DNA from: Mytilus californianus
Taxonomy: Eukaryota
DNA length: 64,000 bases
Assembly (NCBI RefSeq): GCF_021869535.1
Contig: NW_026262723.1
Coordinates: 22,258,001 to 22,322,000, forward strand
Direction: 5' to 3'
A program made the position numbers and the translations under genes. The notes beneath the pieces were generated by a model that saw only the letters and a list, made by a program, of their open reading frames with translations, was not told the origin of the DNA and did no database searches. This document shows positions 49,114 through 61,759 of the stretch, piece after piece (the stretch's first letter is position 1; the number at the start of each line of letters is the position of its first letter).

Positions 49114-51084
49114 TTCAAATATACATATAAGGAGATGTGGTATGATTACCAATGAGACAACTATCCACCAAAGTTCAAATGAAGTGGATGTAAGTAATTA
49201 TAGGCAACCATACGGCCTTCAACGATGAGAAAAACCTATACCGTATAGTCAGCTATATAAGGCCCGACATAAAATATATTCAAACAATTCAATTGAGAAA
49301 ACTAACGGCCTAATTCATTACAAAAAAAGATTTACGAAAAACTATTATGACCGACATGAAGCAACGACAACCACTGAACTACATGCTCCTGACTTGGAAC
49401 AGAATATGGCGGGGTTAAACATGTTTTCTGGCGCCAAACCCTCCCCCTAACTTGGAACAGTGGTGTAACAGTACAACATAAAAACAAACTATAAAAATAT
49501 GTTGAAAAAGGCTCAACTCATCAGATCCATACAGAGCAGAAATACATCTAACAAACACACAACCGGACGTGCCAGGTTATTTATATATCCCTAACAACAA
49601 AAAAGACAGACCTGAGAGTACTCGCAGTTACTGACAGCTAGGTCAAAGCCAATAACAAATAATTAAAAAAAATCATGTATCTAGACTTAATTGCCTGCAA
49701 GTTGACATGTGCAGAAGCTACTTCAATGTTAAAAAAAAAACACAACGTTTCATCGGTATCATAACCTGTCCAAATCATTAACATTACTGATATAGGGATT
49801 TTTGTAAAAGGTACAGATACAGATAATTTTATCAACCAATCAAGGTGCTCTTTGAATAGCAGATTAATTAAAATGTAATTATTCGTAACATAATAAACAC
49901 ACTGAGGCCTCACTGTGACTTTGAGATGAAGAACAGCCATAAAAGCGCTGTTCCTTTGCTTTATGTGTGTTTATTGCTGTGCATGTACTGATTTTGTGCC
50001 ATGGATGAATACCCAATATCCTTTGTTTTCCTATTCTATTAAAACAATAATGGTTCAATAGAGTCATAATTGTATATACTGTATATACACTTTTAAGTTA
50101 ATTATAAAATAAAAGAATACAAAATCAAAATTAATGTATATATATTGGGGAATGTATTATTCGACTTAAGCAATTTTGCATTTCCATTTTGTGTATATCA
50201 TTGAAGATCGTAAGATGATGTTCTTTAACCATTCGTCACAACTCGGCCGATTCCGTACCTTCATCGGATAGAAGGAGAGTAGCGGATTCACCCGAGGATT
50301 GTCGATTGGTTCTTTAATTTATGGTTTGGGTTGATGTAATTACGTCTATTGATATCATTCACTTTTATTGTGAATATATTCTCTGTGGTGACGCTTCACT
50401 TTATAATTTAATTTATAGACATATGAATTTTTCTTCCTTTCAATAACAAACTGTCTGGCCATTTATGAGGTGACACTAAAAAATAAGTACACATGTACTC
50501 AAATAAACAAATTCCGACAACAGATATAATGATCATATAAAAAATATGTTACCTTAATTTTGAGACCAAATAACTTTGCAAGACCTTTCGTTTAACATGT
50601 TTAATAGGTATACCAGAATTTATTATCTATAATTTTTATTTTTTATAAATTTTTAAATATATGATGGTTGACCAAAGCGATAACTGAACTGATACGTGGG
50701 AACGCATGTACAAAACATCAGTCATGAAACAAACTATTTTGTCAGTTTAAAAATAAACAAATCTCGATATATACTCTTTGAATATGATGTTCCTCTTTTT
50801 GTTTTTTTGTTTTTTGTTTTTTTGTTTTTGTTTTTGTTTTTTTTTTTTGTCTTTCAGTTTATAGTTAGTGTAATCCAATAATTCCATAGTTCAAATCTAA
50901 AGACATAACTGGTATAGTCCGTTTGGATTGCATCAATCTTCAACAAACATAAATATGCAACAGGGATCTACTAAGATTTCAATTTAAAATACTCTAAAAT
51001 TTTCCATCTCTTTCTTTTATTCTTTTCCATTTAGCACAGTCCCGACAACGTTAATAACAAAATCCTCTTTAGAATGTTCTTGTA

Positions 51085-51924
51085 TTAAGCACATTTCTTC
51101 ACGTGACCATTTAACTGCGTTTGGTTGGTGGAATCACTGAACTCAAAATCCTTTCGTATAAATAGTTGTGTCGTCTTTTTATATGTCCAGTAAGGTGTCA
51201 ACACAAAAGTAAGCAACAACGCATATGTACAACTAAGTAGATACACTGGTACTGTTAACTCGGAGAGCAGATCATTTCGGTATTTGAAAAATACGTAATA
51301 GCAAAATGTGATTTCTATAAAAGATCGAAAATGGTAAACGTGTACTAATAAACATTGGTTTAGTTTCCATATAGTCGTGTTTCCTTTCCCAAATTTCAGT
51401 AATATCCAGCATGTAAAGGTAAAAGGCGCACTCAATTCCAAAAGTAACAACCTCGCAGCGAAAAAGTGGCCAACGTTATGTAAAACTAGTTGTAACAAAA
51501 TAAGCAAACCTATCCAATGATGGATTTGTAATAGGAAACTAAACTTTCTATTACTGATGTCAGAAAATGTTAAAACAGTACATTCAAAAACAAAAAACCC
51601 AAGAGCTGAGATAACTATGATAAAACTGGTCGGTGTTGTTTCGTACATTACGTTTTCTTGGAGTTCTTTATCGACAAATAAACACCGTAAACAGACCCCT
51701 ACACAGACTATTGTATAGCACGAACGAACAAATCCTGAATTCCAAAATATTTGTTCCTTTTTCGATAGATTGACGTACGTTGTTGATGATGTCGAAAATA
51801 GTCCAGAAATAACAAAACCGATGGCGTATGTAACAAAGAAGACGACAACAAGTAGAAGTTTTGATGACTGTTGGCTATAATCTATATCTTCTAAAGCAGA
51901 AAGGATGTAACGTATCCATCCCAT
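51085..51924 (-). CDS. CLN8: Protein CLN8-like, TLC (TRAM/LAG1/CLN8) domain ER membrane protein, 279 aa
   Basis: Uninterrupted ORF with motifs colinear with vertebrate CLN8: DYS, TYVNL..KEQIFW, GFFVFE, IHH, GH, LLLELSAPFT, WILLKFG, WKLNQ, PYWTYKKTTQL and C-terminal KKCA (KKxx ER retrieval). Acceptor ttttcag sits 12 nt before the ATG (exon starts 51936). Confidence 0.93.
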   Translation of the reverse strand: MGWIRYILSALEDIDYSQQSSKLLLVVVFFVTYAIGFVISGLFSTSSTTYVNLSKKEQIFWNSGFVRSCYTIVCVGVCLRCLFVDKELQENVMYETTPTSFIIVISALGFFVFECTVLTFSDISNRKFSFLLQIHHWIGLLILLQLVLHNVGHFFAARLLLLELSAPFTFTCWILLKFGKGNTTIWKLNQCLLVHVYHFRSFIEITFCYYVFFKYRNDLLSELTVPVYLLSCTYALLLTFVLTPYWTYKKTTQLFIRKDFEFSDSTNQTQLNGHVKKCA

Positions 51925-52898
51925 GGTGATTTGATCCTGAAAATAATAACAAAAAAATAATAGAAAAAAAAAAAAAAAAACAGGTCCAGGATTACAAATA
52001 ATGATAAAATGGACTACAACAACAATTGATAACTTGAGCTGATTTAGAAAATAAAAAGATTAAACTGTTTTGAGAAAATTTAATTTAAAGTAGAAAGAAG
52101 AATATTCACGAAGGGTCAATACCGACACTAAAATTCGATGAAAGTTATCAAAAACATTTACTGAAAGTAGCTGCATGGCAAATACATAATCAATAACCTT
52201 TGTCATCTTCCATCAGTAATTTCATTATAATAACGTGTACACTCTTATGATGAAAAAATCATATCTATGACCTAGCTACACTAGGAACTAATTTTTTAGG
52301 ACGATTTCATGTGCTTTCTACACTAATGTACATCTATTTTGAAAAAAAAAAAATCATTTAATAATATTTCTGCAAAGAAAAGAGACTAATGCCTAATTTT
52401 CTCCGATTTTCATTTCAAGCTTAACATAATGCAGTTTTATTCAAAATTTGATAAAAATCTGTGACATGACCCGTTTATTGTAATTTGACCTCTAGATGCG
52501 AGCACTAATCCAAATATATAACTGTCAAAGAAAAGTAAAAATGTCTTCACTCCGCTTTTTCCAATTTGTTTAAATGGCTATCCAATTTGCTGACCGATTT
52601 ATTCAAGTAAATGAATGCTTTACATTTGTTTTGAGCCTTTTTGGACATTGATTGGACATTTCTTTTTATAGACATCATTGTCAATCAAAAAGAAAACATT
52701 ATAAAATATAATAAAACGTTTTTATATGTACTCCTATTTGTATGGTTTATCTTCAACTGAATGTTCTTAAAATACTATAATTATTTTTTTCGAGCGTACA
52801 ACACGTATTTTTGGAAAATTTCCTATAACAATAAAAGTGATTGTAAGAATAATGCAAATACTGATAAATAAAAACTTATAAACCTAGATTTAACTCAC

Positions 52899-53000
52899 CT
52901 TTTTCAATATTTTGTTATTCTAATGAACGTATCACAAAAAAATAAAACACTACTTTCGCCACATAAAGACGACAGTTTAACGTCCTCGAGGCTTTATTAA
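52899..53000 (-). other. Putative non-coding 5' exon of CLN8
   Basis: Strong donor AAAAG|GTGAGT (GT at 52898-52897) about 1 kb upstream of the acceptor at 51937; the upstream boundary is a guess. Confidence 0.4.
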
Positions 53001-53103
53001 ATAATATGATTAAATTTTACATGTACAACAGGGAAGTTTCCACGGAAATGCAGGTACATGTTTTTTTAGGTAGACAGGGTGGAAATTGTAAAACATTATG
53101 ATG

Positions 53104-53139
<36 letters not shown>

Positions 53140-53140
<1 letters not shown>

Positions 53141-53525
53141 ACTACTCATAATACCAGCACAATCATGTTAAATCTGCGGAAGCAAATTTTTGTTCCTCCC
53201 TCGCCGGGATTCGAACTCATGCTATTGGGATAACGAGACAACACCGCCTCCACTGTGTCCATCGCTCTACACCACTCGGCCACCTAGACTGAACTTATAA
53301 TTCAGCTTTCGGTGGCCTAGTGTTACCTTTCCTCATCAGTAGAATCTTAGAGTTGTAACACAGTACATGATATATTAGGCATGAAGATAGTATTCATTGC
53401 CGATTAGCTAAATATTATCGTAAAGGATCGTAAGATACAGTCACAGAAATAAAGTACGTCTAAACAAGTGACAACATCAGAAAAGTAGACGAATGTAGAA
53501 CTCTGGATGTTATTGGTTCTTATTA
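53140..53525 (-). mobile_element. tRNA-derived SINE/retrozyme-like element with A box, B box and upstream hammerhead-like core
   Basis: Minus strand: A box TGGCCGAGTGG (53282-53272), B box GAGTTCGAATC (53218-53208), CTGATGA (53339-53333), GAAA (53310-53307), GTC (53289-53287); ends at a (TA)n tract (53105-53137). No acceptor stem, so not a tRNA gene. Confidence 0.7.
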
Positions 53526-53731
53526 TATTATATTTCTTTGCAAAACGACAAAAATCCCAAATTGCCACGGTCGACTAGATTTATAAATAAAAAGTTAATA
53601 CAACTAAAGAAATGATAGTTAACAAAATTCTATTTGTTTCTTAGTTTTTATAATTCACGTGTTTCATAAAAATGAAAATAACACTAAGTCTTTATAAATT
53701 TCGTGCGTCCGAAGCGCTTTTCTGGATTTAA

Positions 53732-54120
53732 GGATGTTAGCTCCTCTCGTTTTTGAATTTTTGCGAGATATTCGGAATCCTCAGGTTTTATCCATGTAGT
53801 GCCATTAAAAAATTTTGCCCACTAACCCCTGCTTTTCTTTTCATAATTTGATTACATATAGTTTAAATGCCATCTTTAAAAATCTTATAAAATCCTTGTT
53901 ATTTTTTCATTCTCTTTGACAGAAAAAAGGTGCCAATGTTAAATGATAGAAAAATCTAGAGAGAATCATTTCCCGCCAAATCTTCAATGACATATATCTC
54001 GAAAACAAGCACACGGACCCTTCATTTTTTTCTACTTTTATAGTTCCTTTATTTATATACTATCAATTTATAACAGTCTTTTTAAAAGCTTGTTATTTTG
54101 AAACAGAGGAGCGAACATCC
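53732..54120. mobile_element. Kolobok-type MITE nested in a hammerhead-bearing repeat
   Basis: TIRs ggatgttagctcctc / gaggagcgaacatcc; flanks TTAA (53728-53731) and TTAT (54121-54124). Confidence 0.7.
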
Positions 54121-54440
54121 TTATCATGAACGATCAAATGTTTTAACCTAAATATTTGAAAGTCAGAGGTGTATAAATACGAAGAATGGATAGGAGCGTT
54201 ATGATCAAAAATGACTAAAATAAAAGCCAAACTCGGTTAAGATCAACTTTGACTGAGGGAGTTAAAACCATAGTTTCTTGAAATATAATTTTCATGAAAT
54301 TTAAGGAAACTTATGAATAGTTTCGTTTTTCATTATTGATGGTTGATTAACGGCCATTAGCAAATACGTGTATGTCATGCATATTCAAGACTTTAAAAAA
54401 AATGACCTGTTGATATATATTGTATATGTTCTTTACCACC

Positions 54441-54735
54441 AGGAAGCTACTTATTTGAATTTGGATGTAACTCGTCTTCTGATTGGCTGAAAGTTTTTTG
54501 TCTATCAGTTCATAGACATAATTTTGTCATGTGACCGTGACGTCATCAACGTTTTTTTTTCATGATTTACTCCTTAAAAATGGAATTTAGAATTAAATTT
54601 TAAAGAATGACTGTAATATTTTTTTTTCTGTCTATTCGAAATAACCTCAACAATGTGATGTACACTTTTAAATAACCCGCTACGCGGGTTATTCAGTGTG
54701 CACCACATTCTTCATGTTATTTCTTTATAGACAGT
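54441..54735. mobile_element. Interspersed repeat with internal palindrome, class uncertain
   Basis: Perfect 10-bp inverted repeat aataacccgc-tac-gcgggttatt near 54671-54693; starts with a ctgattggctg motif. Repeat status is from recall of bivalve repeats. Confidence 0.4.
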
Positions 54736-55452
54736 CATTCCTTAAATAAACAAGTGTATACACTCTTCTTGATTTTAAAAACTCAGGCCTTTGGAATAAA
54801 ACAAAACTTAGACGGCACATGCATCCACTGAGGTGTTCATGTCTGTGAACTGCATATCTTGTAAATATTCATGCAGTTACGCAAAAGCAGAGTCCTCACG
54901 TGACCTCTCCATCCTCTTTTTATGTACTCGTCTGATATCTAATTCACCGAATTCATTTCAATGAAGTTCATTCTAAGCTTTCATGAGATGTAAAAATTTA
55001 CCATAAAAAAGAATGTATATATAGTTTAGATGTAATTTAATTCTTGTGAAGGCTTTTAGCAGTAAATGTATTCGTGATTATCTATTTCACAGATGACATC
55101 ATAGGTTGATCATCTTGGGAAAAGATTTAACATGTTCAATATATGTTTTATAGCTATTTGATAGAATTTTATAGAATATCAAAAAACCTATTCATATTTC
55201 CATTAGACAGTAAAATTCTTTCATCGATCATGTCTTTCATCAGAAAATTAGAAATTGTCAATTTTCATTCCTATTTCGTCTGAATATTGAATTCAAAGCT
55301 ATCCATTTTTCAGGTTTATCAGGAACGGTTTGACACCGTATGCACTTTAAGTTTGTCATATTTCTGGTTTTTATTTGCCTTATAGCAAATGATTTTCACA
55401 ACTTCGAATAGCAAAAATATAATATAGTAATTTCTGATGTATTTTCGTGTGT

Positions 55453-55926
55453 GAGGGTGTTGATAAGTTTTACAGAATAGAGACTATGTAGGTCAAATAT
55501 AGAGGAAAATGGACAAGCAAAAAATATATAATATATATAGAGATTATGGCAAAAATATATAAAAGAATAGAGATTATGGAAAAAATATATAAAGAATAGA
55601 GATTATGGCAAAAATATATAAAGAATAGAGATAATGGCAAAAATATATAAAGAATTGAGATTATGGCAAAAATATATAAAGAATAGAGATTATGGCAAAA
55701 ATATATAAAGAATAGAGATTATGGCAAAAATATATAAAGAATAGAGATTATGGCAAAAATATATAAAGAATAGAGATTATGGCAAAAATATATAAAGAAT
55801 AGAGATTATGGCAAAAATATATAAAGAATAGAGATTATGGCAAAGAAGATACCGAATAGAGAAACATTACATAATCGTTAAACATTTACAGAAAACAGAT
55901 ATGAATTACCTCCCATCCAGACCCTC
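55453..55926. mobile_element. Second, inverted copy of the 13422-13635 MITE with expanded internal 29-bp array
   Basis: Ends gagggtg.. / ..cccatccagaccctc; flanks gtgtgt and gtatgt; about 11 units of atagagattatggcaaaaatatataaaga at 55540-55845. Confidence 0.8.
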
Positions 55927-58900
55927 GTATGTTATCATTGTAATTTTAATAATTCAGAAAACTGTACGATTATCTAAGATAAGACAAGAAGACTGCTTTT
56001 CGAGTACTAATTAGAATATTTAAAATAAATTATAATTAAAGTAAATTTTAAAATATTTGCTACAAATAACACCGCTATGTAAAGATAATTATATGCTATC
56101 AAAATTAAAGGGTTATGGTAAAAGAGTTACTCGAAAGGATTTGAATAACTAGACGTTCTGGCAGCAATACTCTTTCAATGGTTAGCATCTGTATTGGTTT
56201 GGTTGTGAGTATTGATTTCTAGTCAGAACGTCAACTCGAATTTCCTGTTTTTAGATAACATCCTCAAAGCTGTCTGTAGGTCTCCCGTTCAACAATTCTT
56301 TCACAGATATTGCTCTTAATCTTTAGTGGCAGTGAAACTTACCATACTATATATTCCATTTCCACGTCTTTTGGAGCCAGAGTGATTTATTGTTTGGTTG
56401 ACTCCTTACGGAATCTGCATTAAATGTTGCCACTCGACTTTTGGAAACCAACAATCAATCAATCAATCGATTAATTACCATCAAAATAAGAGCGACCAAA
56501 ATGAGGATAATTTTACAGATCTTGTTGTGAAGATTTTTTCACTTGCCAAATCAATGCTTTATGTCAACACTATAAAACTGATAATTCAATCAAGTTCAAC
56601 ATATATGTATCAATTGTGAACGTATTTATAGAACTAATGAAATTATTGTCTGCTTAAAATCGCCAGGGACGTATGTTATACCACAGGAGAGCCTCAATCT
56701 GACGTTGATCAGAAATATCAAATTTAAAAATGAATTCAATGAGAGCGGTTATTGGTTAAAATAGAGAAATGCCGTCTGCATGAAAACTACATGGATGTAT
56801 GTGGTTCTAAGCTTTTTTTTTTAAATTGAAACCGGAAAAACATGAAAAGAAAGAGATAATTTTATATGAAACTGTCGGAAATTTAATAATTAATCTACTA
56901 GTATTATTTTTCTTGTAAGATGCATCATTAAAACAGAAATATATGTATCAACAACATATAATTTTACAAAGATATAAAGCAATTATTTTCTTTTCGATCA
57001 ATGGTCCTGGAATTTTTTTTTTTCATGGTTTTGTACTTTAATGATCGTATTGATTTGCTTTGGAAAATTATTTTAAGATTTTTATTCTTTTTACATTAAA
57101 CCATTAATCAAATAAAATCTTAAAAATGAAGAAATTGTCATTTAAAAATGTGATGAATTTCTTCTGAAATCCTTTAATTTCTATAACCAATTTCTTTGTC
57201 TCATTTGAATTAAAGTAAAGGCAACAAGATAATGTGCGACCAGTTTAATTACTATGAATATTTTCTCTTATAAATCCACTTTGTCGGTTCTTAGTTCAAA
57301 ATAACAACATTGTTTTCATATGTTAAATTCGTGAACGAAGCCACAATCGAACTTGTAAGTTTATAGTGGCTTTGTTTTATCGTGAGAATCACTAGGGTGT
57401 AGACAACGGGATAGAAAGCGTAATAAGACGCGGTTGCGGCCAGTAAATGCCAGTAAATGCCTCGTTAAATACTTCGGATATATATGCTATGACAATGATT
57501 TCTTCTATGCTGTTCCAGTATGTTTGGTCAATGGATGATTTTCGTATTCTTACAGCTTTAGTAAGATATGAAAATAAAGGTTGAAGATACCAAAGCGGAC
57601 AGACAAAACCATAAAATCGAGGGAAACAGTGACAACGCCATTACAAAAATAAAAACTGAAAGACGACGACGTAAATACTAACTGGAATTCTTATAAGTCT
57701 TTGTTATGCACAGTACATTATGTTTTGAGGTAGATTAATCGTATACTGTCATCTTGGATTGTAAAATAGCAGTACACAATCGGTCTAGTTCTCATACTTT
57801 ATTTCAAAATTCTATTGCATAGATTATTTCTTTTTCACAAAGAAAGTTTTTTTTATGAATTATCTATACAAATTTTGCATGACTTGTAGCTTGGAAAACA
57901 GCATGGTGACCTATACTTTTTATTATATTCAAAAACAAAAAGCATGATTAAATCTACATTTTGGCAAACTATAAGAAAATTCTATCTGAGGAAATATATT
58001 TCGAAGATCCACCTTAATACATTGAAATTTTGAAATTTATAACAATGTCTTCCTTATTTTCTGTAACATCAATCTCAATTATCTAATATTCAACAAGCAT
58101 AACGTAATATTCTGCTGTCATACTTGGACAATTCAGTATACTTGTAAGTCATTAGGACTATACCAAATCTAGTTCAACACATATAGGCGACAATATGGTT
58201 ACAAATCCCTGTCAAATATTCAAATTCAGTTATGCGATTGTCTGTATCAATCGATTACTTTAATTTCAATATGTCACAAAAAGAAAAGTAACAACAGAGT
58301 TTGATGAATATTCAAAGAATACTTGATTATCAGTCAGTCTTGATGTTTTGTTTTGACTTTTAGTCATATTTGTCTTCAGTGCCATTTTATTAATTTCCGT
58401 CTAGAGAGAAAGATTATTGGAAAATTGAATTTATATAACTGTTTACATCAAAAGATAAATTATAATAGATTTATCACTGAGAGAAGCAAATCACAAAACT
58501 ATACAAAGAACTTTGACGAATGGCATGTAATCGTCGTATTGAAAAAGCTTTGTGTAAAGTTTGTAACGTTTTATAAATCAGGCTACTTTTATTTGATATA
58601 TTACATGCAAATAGATCATTGCTTAGCCGGAAACTGTCAATAAATCAGTGTTTCTTAAAAACTCCAGCGTCTCAGCTTTAATTGCTGTCTTGTGCAATTT
58701 TATCTTTTGCTGTCTGTTGTTTATACAGGCAACAGTTGTGTCTAACCTTTGTCCTGCAAATCTCTGCTTTCATTTAGGACTTTCAAATTCGGTCCAGTGT
58801 TATAGGGTTAGAGAATTTATATTTAACCGATGTGTTATGAATTTGGTGGTGTTTTAGGGTAAGTCGACATATATTTACCAATTAAATAATCAATGAACGT

Positions 58901-59761
58901 ATCTCTTCAACGTATTTTAATAGAAGTAATACGATGGGTGTCACTAGGTGAGCTGGAATTGCTAAACTCTTATGAGCACATGAATTCACACCCAGTTTTT
59001 GGTGAGGTTCGTATTTTGCTTTTTCTATTGGTTTCTCTGCAGTGTTTTGAGGACTGTTGTCATTTCATCGTTATTATTTCTGGCAATGAAAAATTCTGTA
59101 GTTTTCAACATACGGTTTTGATTGGCCAATAATGTATAGTTTCTAGGTGAATTTTAATGCCTAAATATGTGCAAAAATGGCTACTTCTGGTTTACTTAAA
59201 ATGTCTCCAAACAATATGCAAAATAGCCCATGTCTTCATCATGTACCAGTTTCACATACCAGTATGAAGCTTAAATCAACAAATCATATTATTATCTAAA
59301 CATTACGAGGGCAATAACTCTTTTGAATCATCGGATTGGTTTGAATAAATGTATCAAAATCTAGCCATAATGTTCTACACATTTTGCTCCATTCTTTCTT
59401 GGTCTAGCTCTTACAGTGCTAACAAATGTTTTGTTTTTTCCCACGTTACCACTCGCCAAGTAGCCAAAACTTCTGTACCCACAAGCAAATTTAACTTCGC
59501 TTTTCTTACATTTTGTCATGTGCGTAACCGATGAGACATTCTAGAAATACTTATTGAGCGCGATTAAATAATATAGTACTTTGGTTTTTAAGAAGGAACA
59601 AATCATACGTTGTCAGACAAACACTGTAATATTCAATTTCTGTAAATGATATCACCTAGAAATTGGAAGTTTGATTAAATGAATGTATTTGTTATGTTTT
59701 TGAACTTTATTATGAACAGTCAGTCGACAGTCGGCTTACATTTGTTATCCAATTGTCCTTG

Positions 59762-60146
59762 CCGACTTATTTATTAAGAAAGACTAAAGACTGAGCAACA
59801 CGAACCCCACCAAAACCGTCGGCGATCTTAGGTGCTCCGGAAGCGTAAGCAGATCCTGCTCCGCATGTGGTCGATCATGTAAGTACAAACCCGGTGATAT
59901 GTCTAATTCGGTATGTCACATTCGAGGAAAAGAGGACGAGATTACGGTAACGATAATTGAAACATATCCGTCGTCATCTGTGAAAAAGATCAAAAAGGTC
60001 AACCGACTCGTGAAGGTGTCCGTAAAATGTTCGAACGGATGATTTCAATTAATATAAATGAGGCATGCTGCATTCAGGGACTTCTCATGTAGAAGGAAAG
60101 GTTGCTAGACCTATCCTTTAACTTCACATTCCGCTGTATAGATGAC
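59762..60146. mobile_element. Penelope-like retroelement remnants in opposite orientations
   Basis: 59762-60058 on the minus strand encodes LKSSVRTFYGHLHESVD plus 3' UTR (related copy at 58915-59035, plus strand); 60060-60146 on the plus strand encodes IQGLL..SFNFTFRCIDD (RT YIDD region). Confidence 0.7.
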
Positions 60147-61759
60147 CCCCCTTCAATATTTATAAAACAATAATTCAAATTTGAGTACTTGTTAATCACA
60201 ATTATCCCATTGAAACTGAAGTTATGAGGTAATCATGAGTAATATGGGGAGACCCCAATAACAGTAGAAATGTCAATAAAAAAATCAATACTGTATACTA
60301 ATGAACTCAATTTTTTTCCCTAACCGTTGCGCTAACCCTGTTCCTGTTCTGTTGAAGGACCCTGTCATATTGTTAAGTCATGCGATTTCCCGCGAAAAAT
60401 TGTATATGTGATTACCAAAAATAATAACGACAACAGTACAATGAACATGAAATTCATAAAACGGATTTCGTCCTCTTTTACAGGAACACCTGCATCATAT
60501 TAAGGCTCCCTTCATATCTTGACTTAAATGAATAGAAATCAACCGAGTCGTTTGAGGACTAAAAATTACGTCAAAGGAAATGATTTAATTCGAATATGCA
60601 CCTTCCATATTTAGAACAGTATAATATTATGTATATTAAAGTTGAATCGATATACCAGAGCTTTCGTTTCTATGAAAAAGTATGTCAGACTCAATAGTTA
60701 AAACTTACTACTGGATCTAAACGGTGTTGTCAGTATTAATTACAGCATATACATCTATGATGAAGACCAAGAAGTCAAACTAGGGTGAATTTAATAATGA
60801 AACATGTCAATCTAGCAGCGAAACTTTTATAAGAAAGAAGCTTCTCTGTGTTTGTATCAGCAATATTGCGATAAAAATTCATGAATTATATAATGTCACA
60901 AATTCCAAGAAATGCAAGCTTTGGTCAATTTTCTAATTATGGGAGCTAAAAATTAATATTCATATACAACAAACTAAAAAAGGAAAGTTGGATCAAGACT
61001 TTTTTTAACCATTCATTCAGTGCTTTAACAGAATCCAATAAACCACACATTCTTCGAAGATAAACTAGATTTTCAACATGGACTTTTGTAAGAACATTTT
61101 ATTACAATTATGAAACTGTAATTCTCTTTTTTATTTGTAAGAAGTTTGATATCTTGATAATATGCCATCGAGTATATTTATGATTGAATCTAAGATAATA
61201 AAAAGGGTATAAACCATCGGTTTGATTCATGTCTAAAATGTCATTGTATTTATTTTATCGATATATGAAACATATAAAAACTTCCTAATTTTCTTTTGAG
61301 AGATAACTATAATGTTACTTTAGCATGTTCAATCTGTATAGAAGATGACATCCAAGGTGAGATTATTAATGTTACAATCATTAATAAATGTACTATTATC
61401 ATATACAGGGAAAACAAATACATCGAAACGTTTTGTTCTTTAATATTTGACATTTAATCTTAATACAATCTGTTTTATGGTAGATGAACTGCCTGAGACA
61501 AATGACTAAGTTATGATATCATGACATCTCAATATAACATCTATTTTTTATTACATGTGATGGCCACTTAAATAAGTAAAGCCGGTGGGTTTTGGATATT
61601 ACTACAATAGAAACTGAAGGTGAGGCTTTAGTAAATCCCAATTGACAAAAGAGACTTATTCGGACAGTTGCGTATCCGAAAATCATTACATACTATATAA
61701 CCTCAGTCTTATTATGTGTAACGGCATGATGATAACTCATAATAACTGACATACAAACG

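Noticed and set aside
53200-53290. Possible tRNA gene
   Set aside because: A and B boxes are present but there is no acceptor stem or proper anticodon arm; treated as a SINE head.
60386-60398. E2F-like site TTTCCCGCGAAAA
   Set aside because: Isolated motif with no gene start identified nearby.
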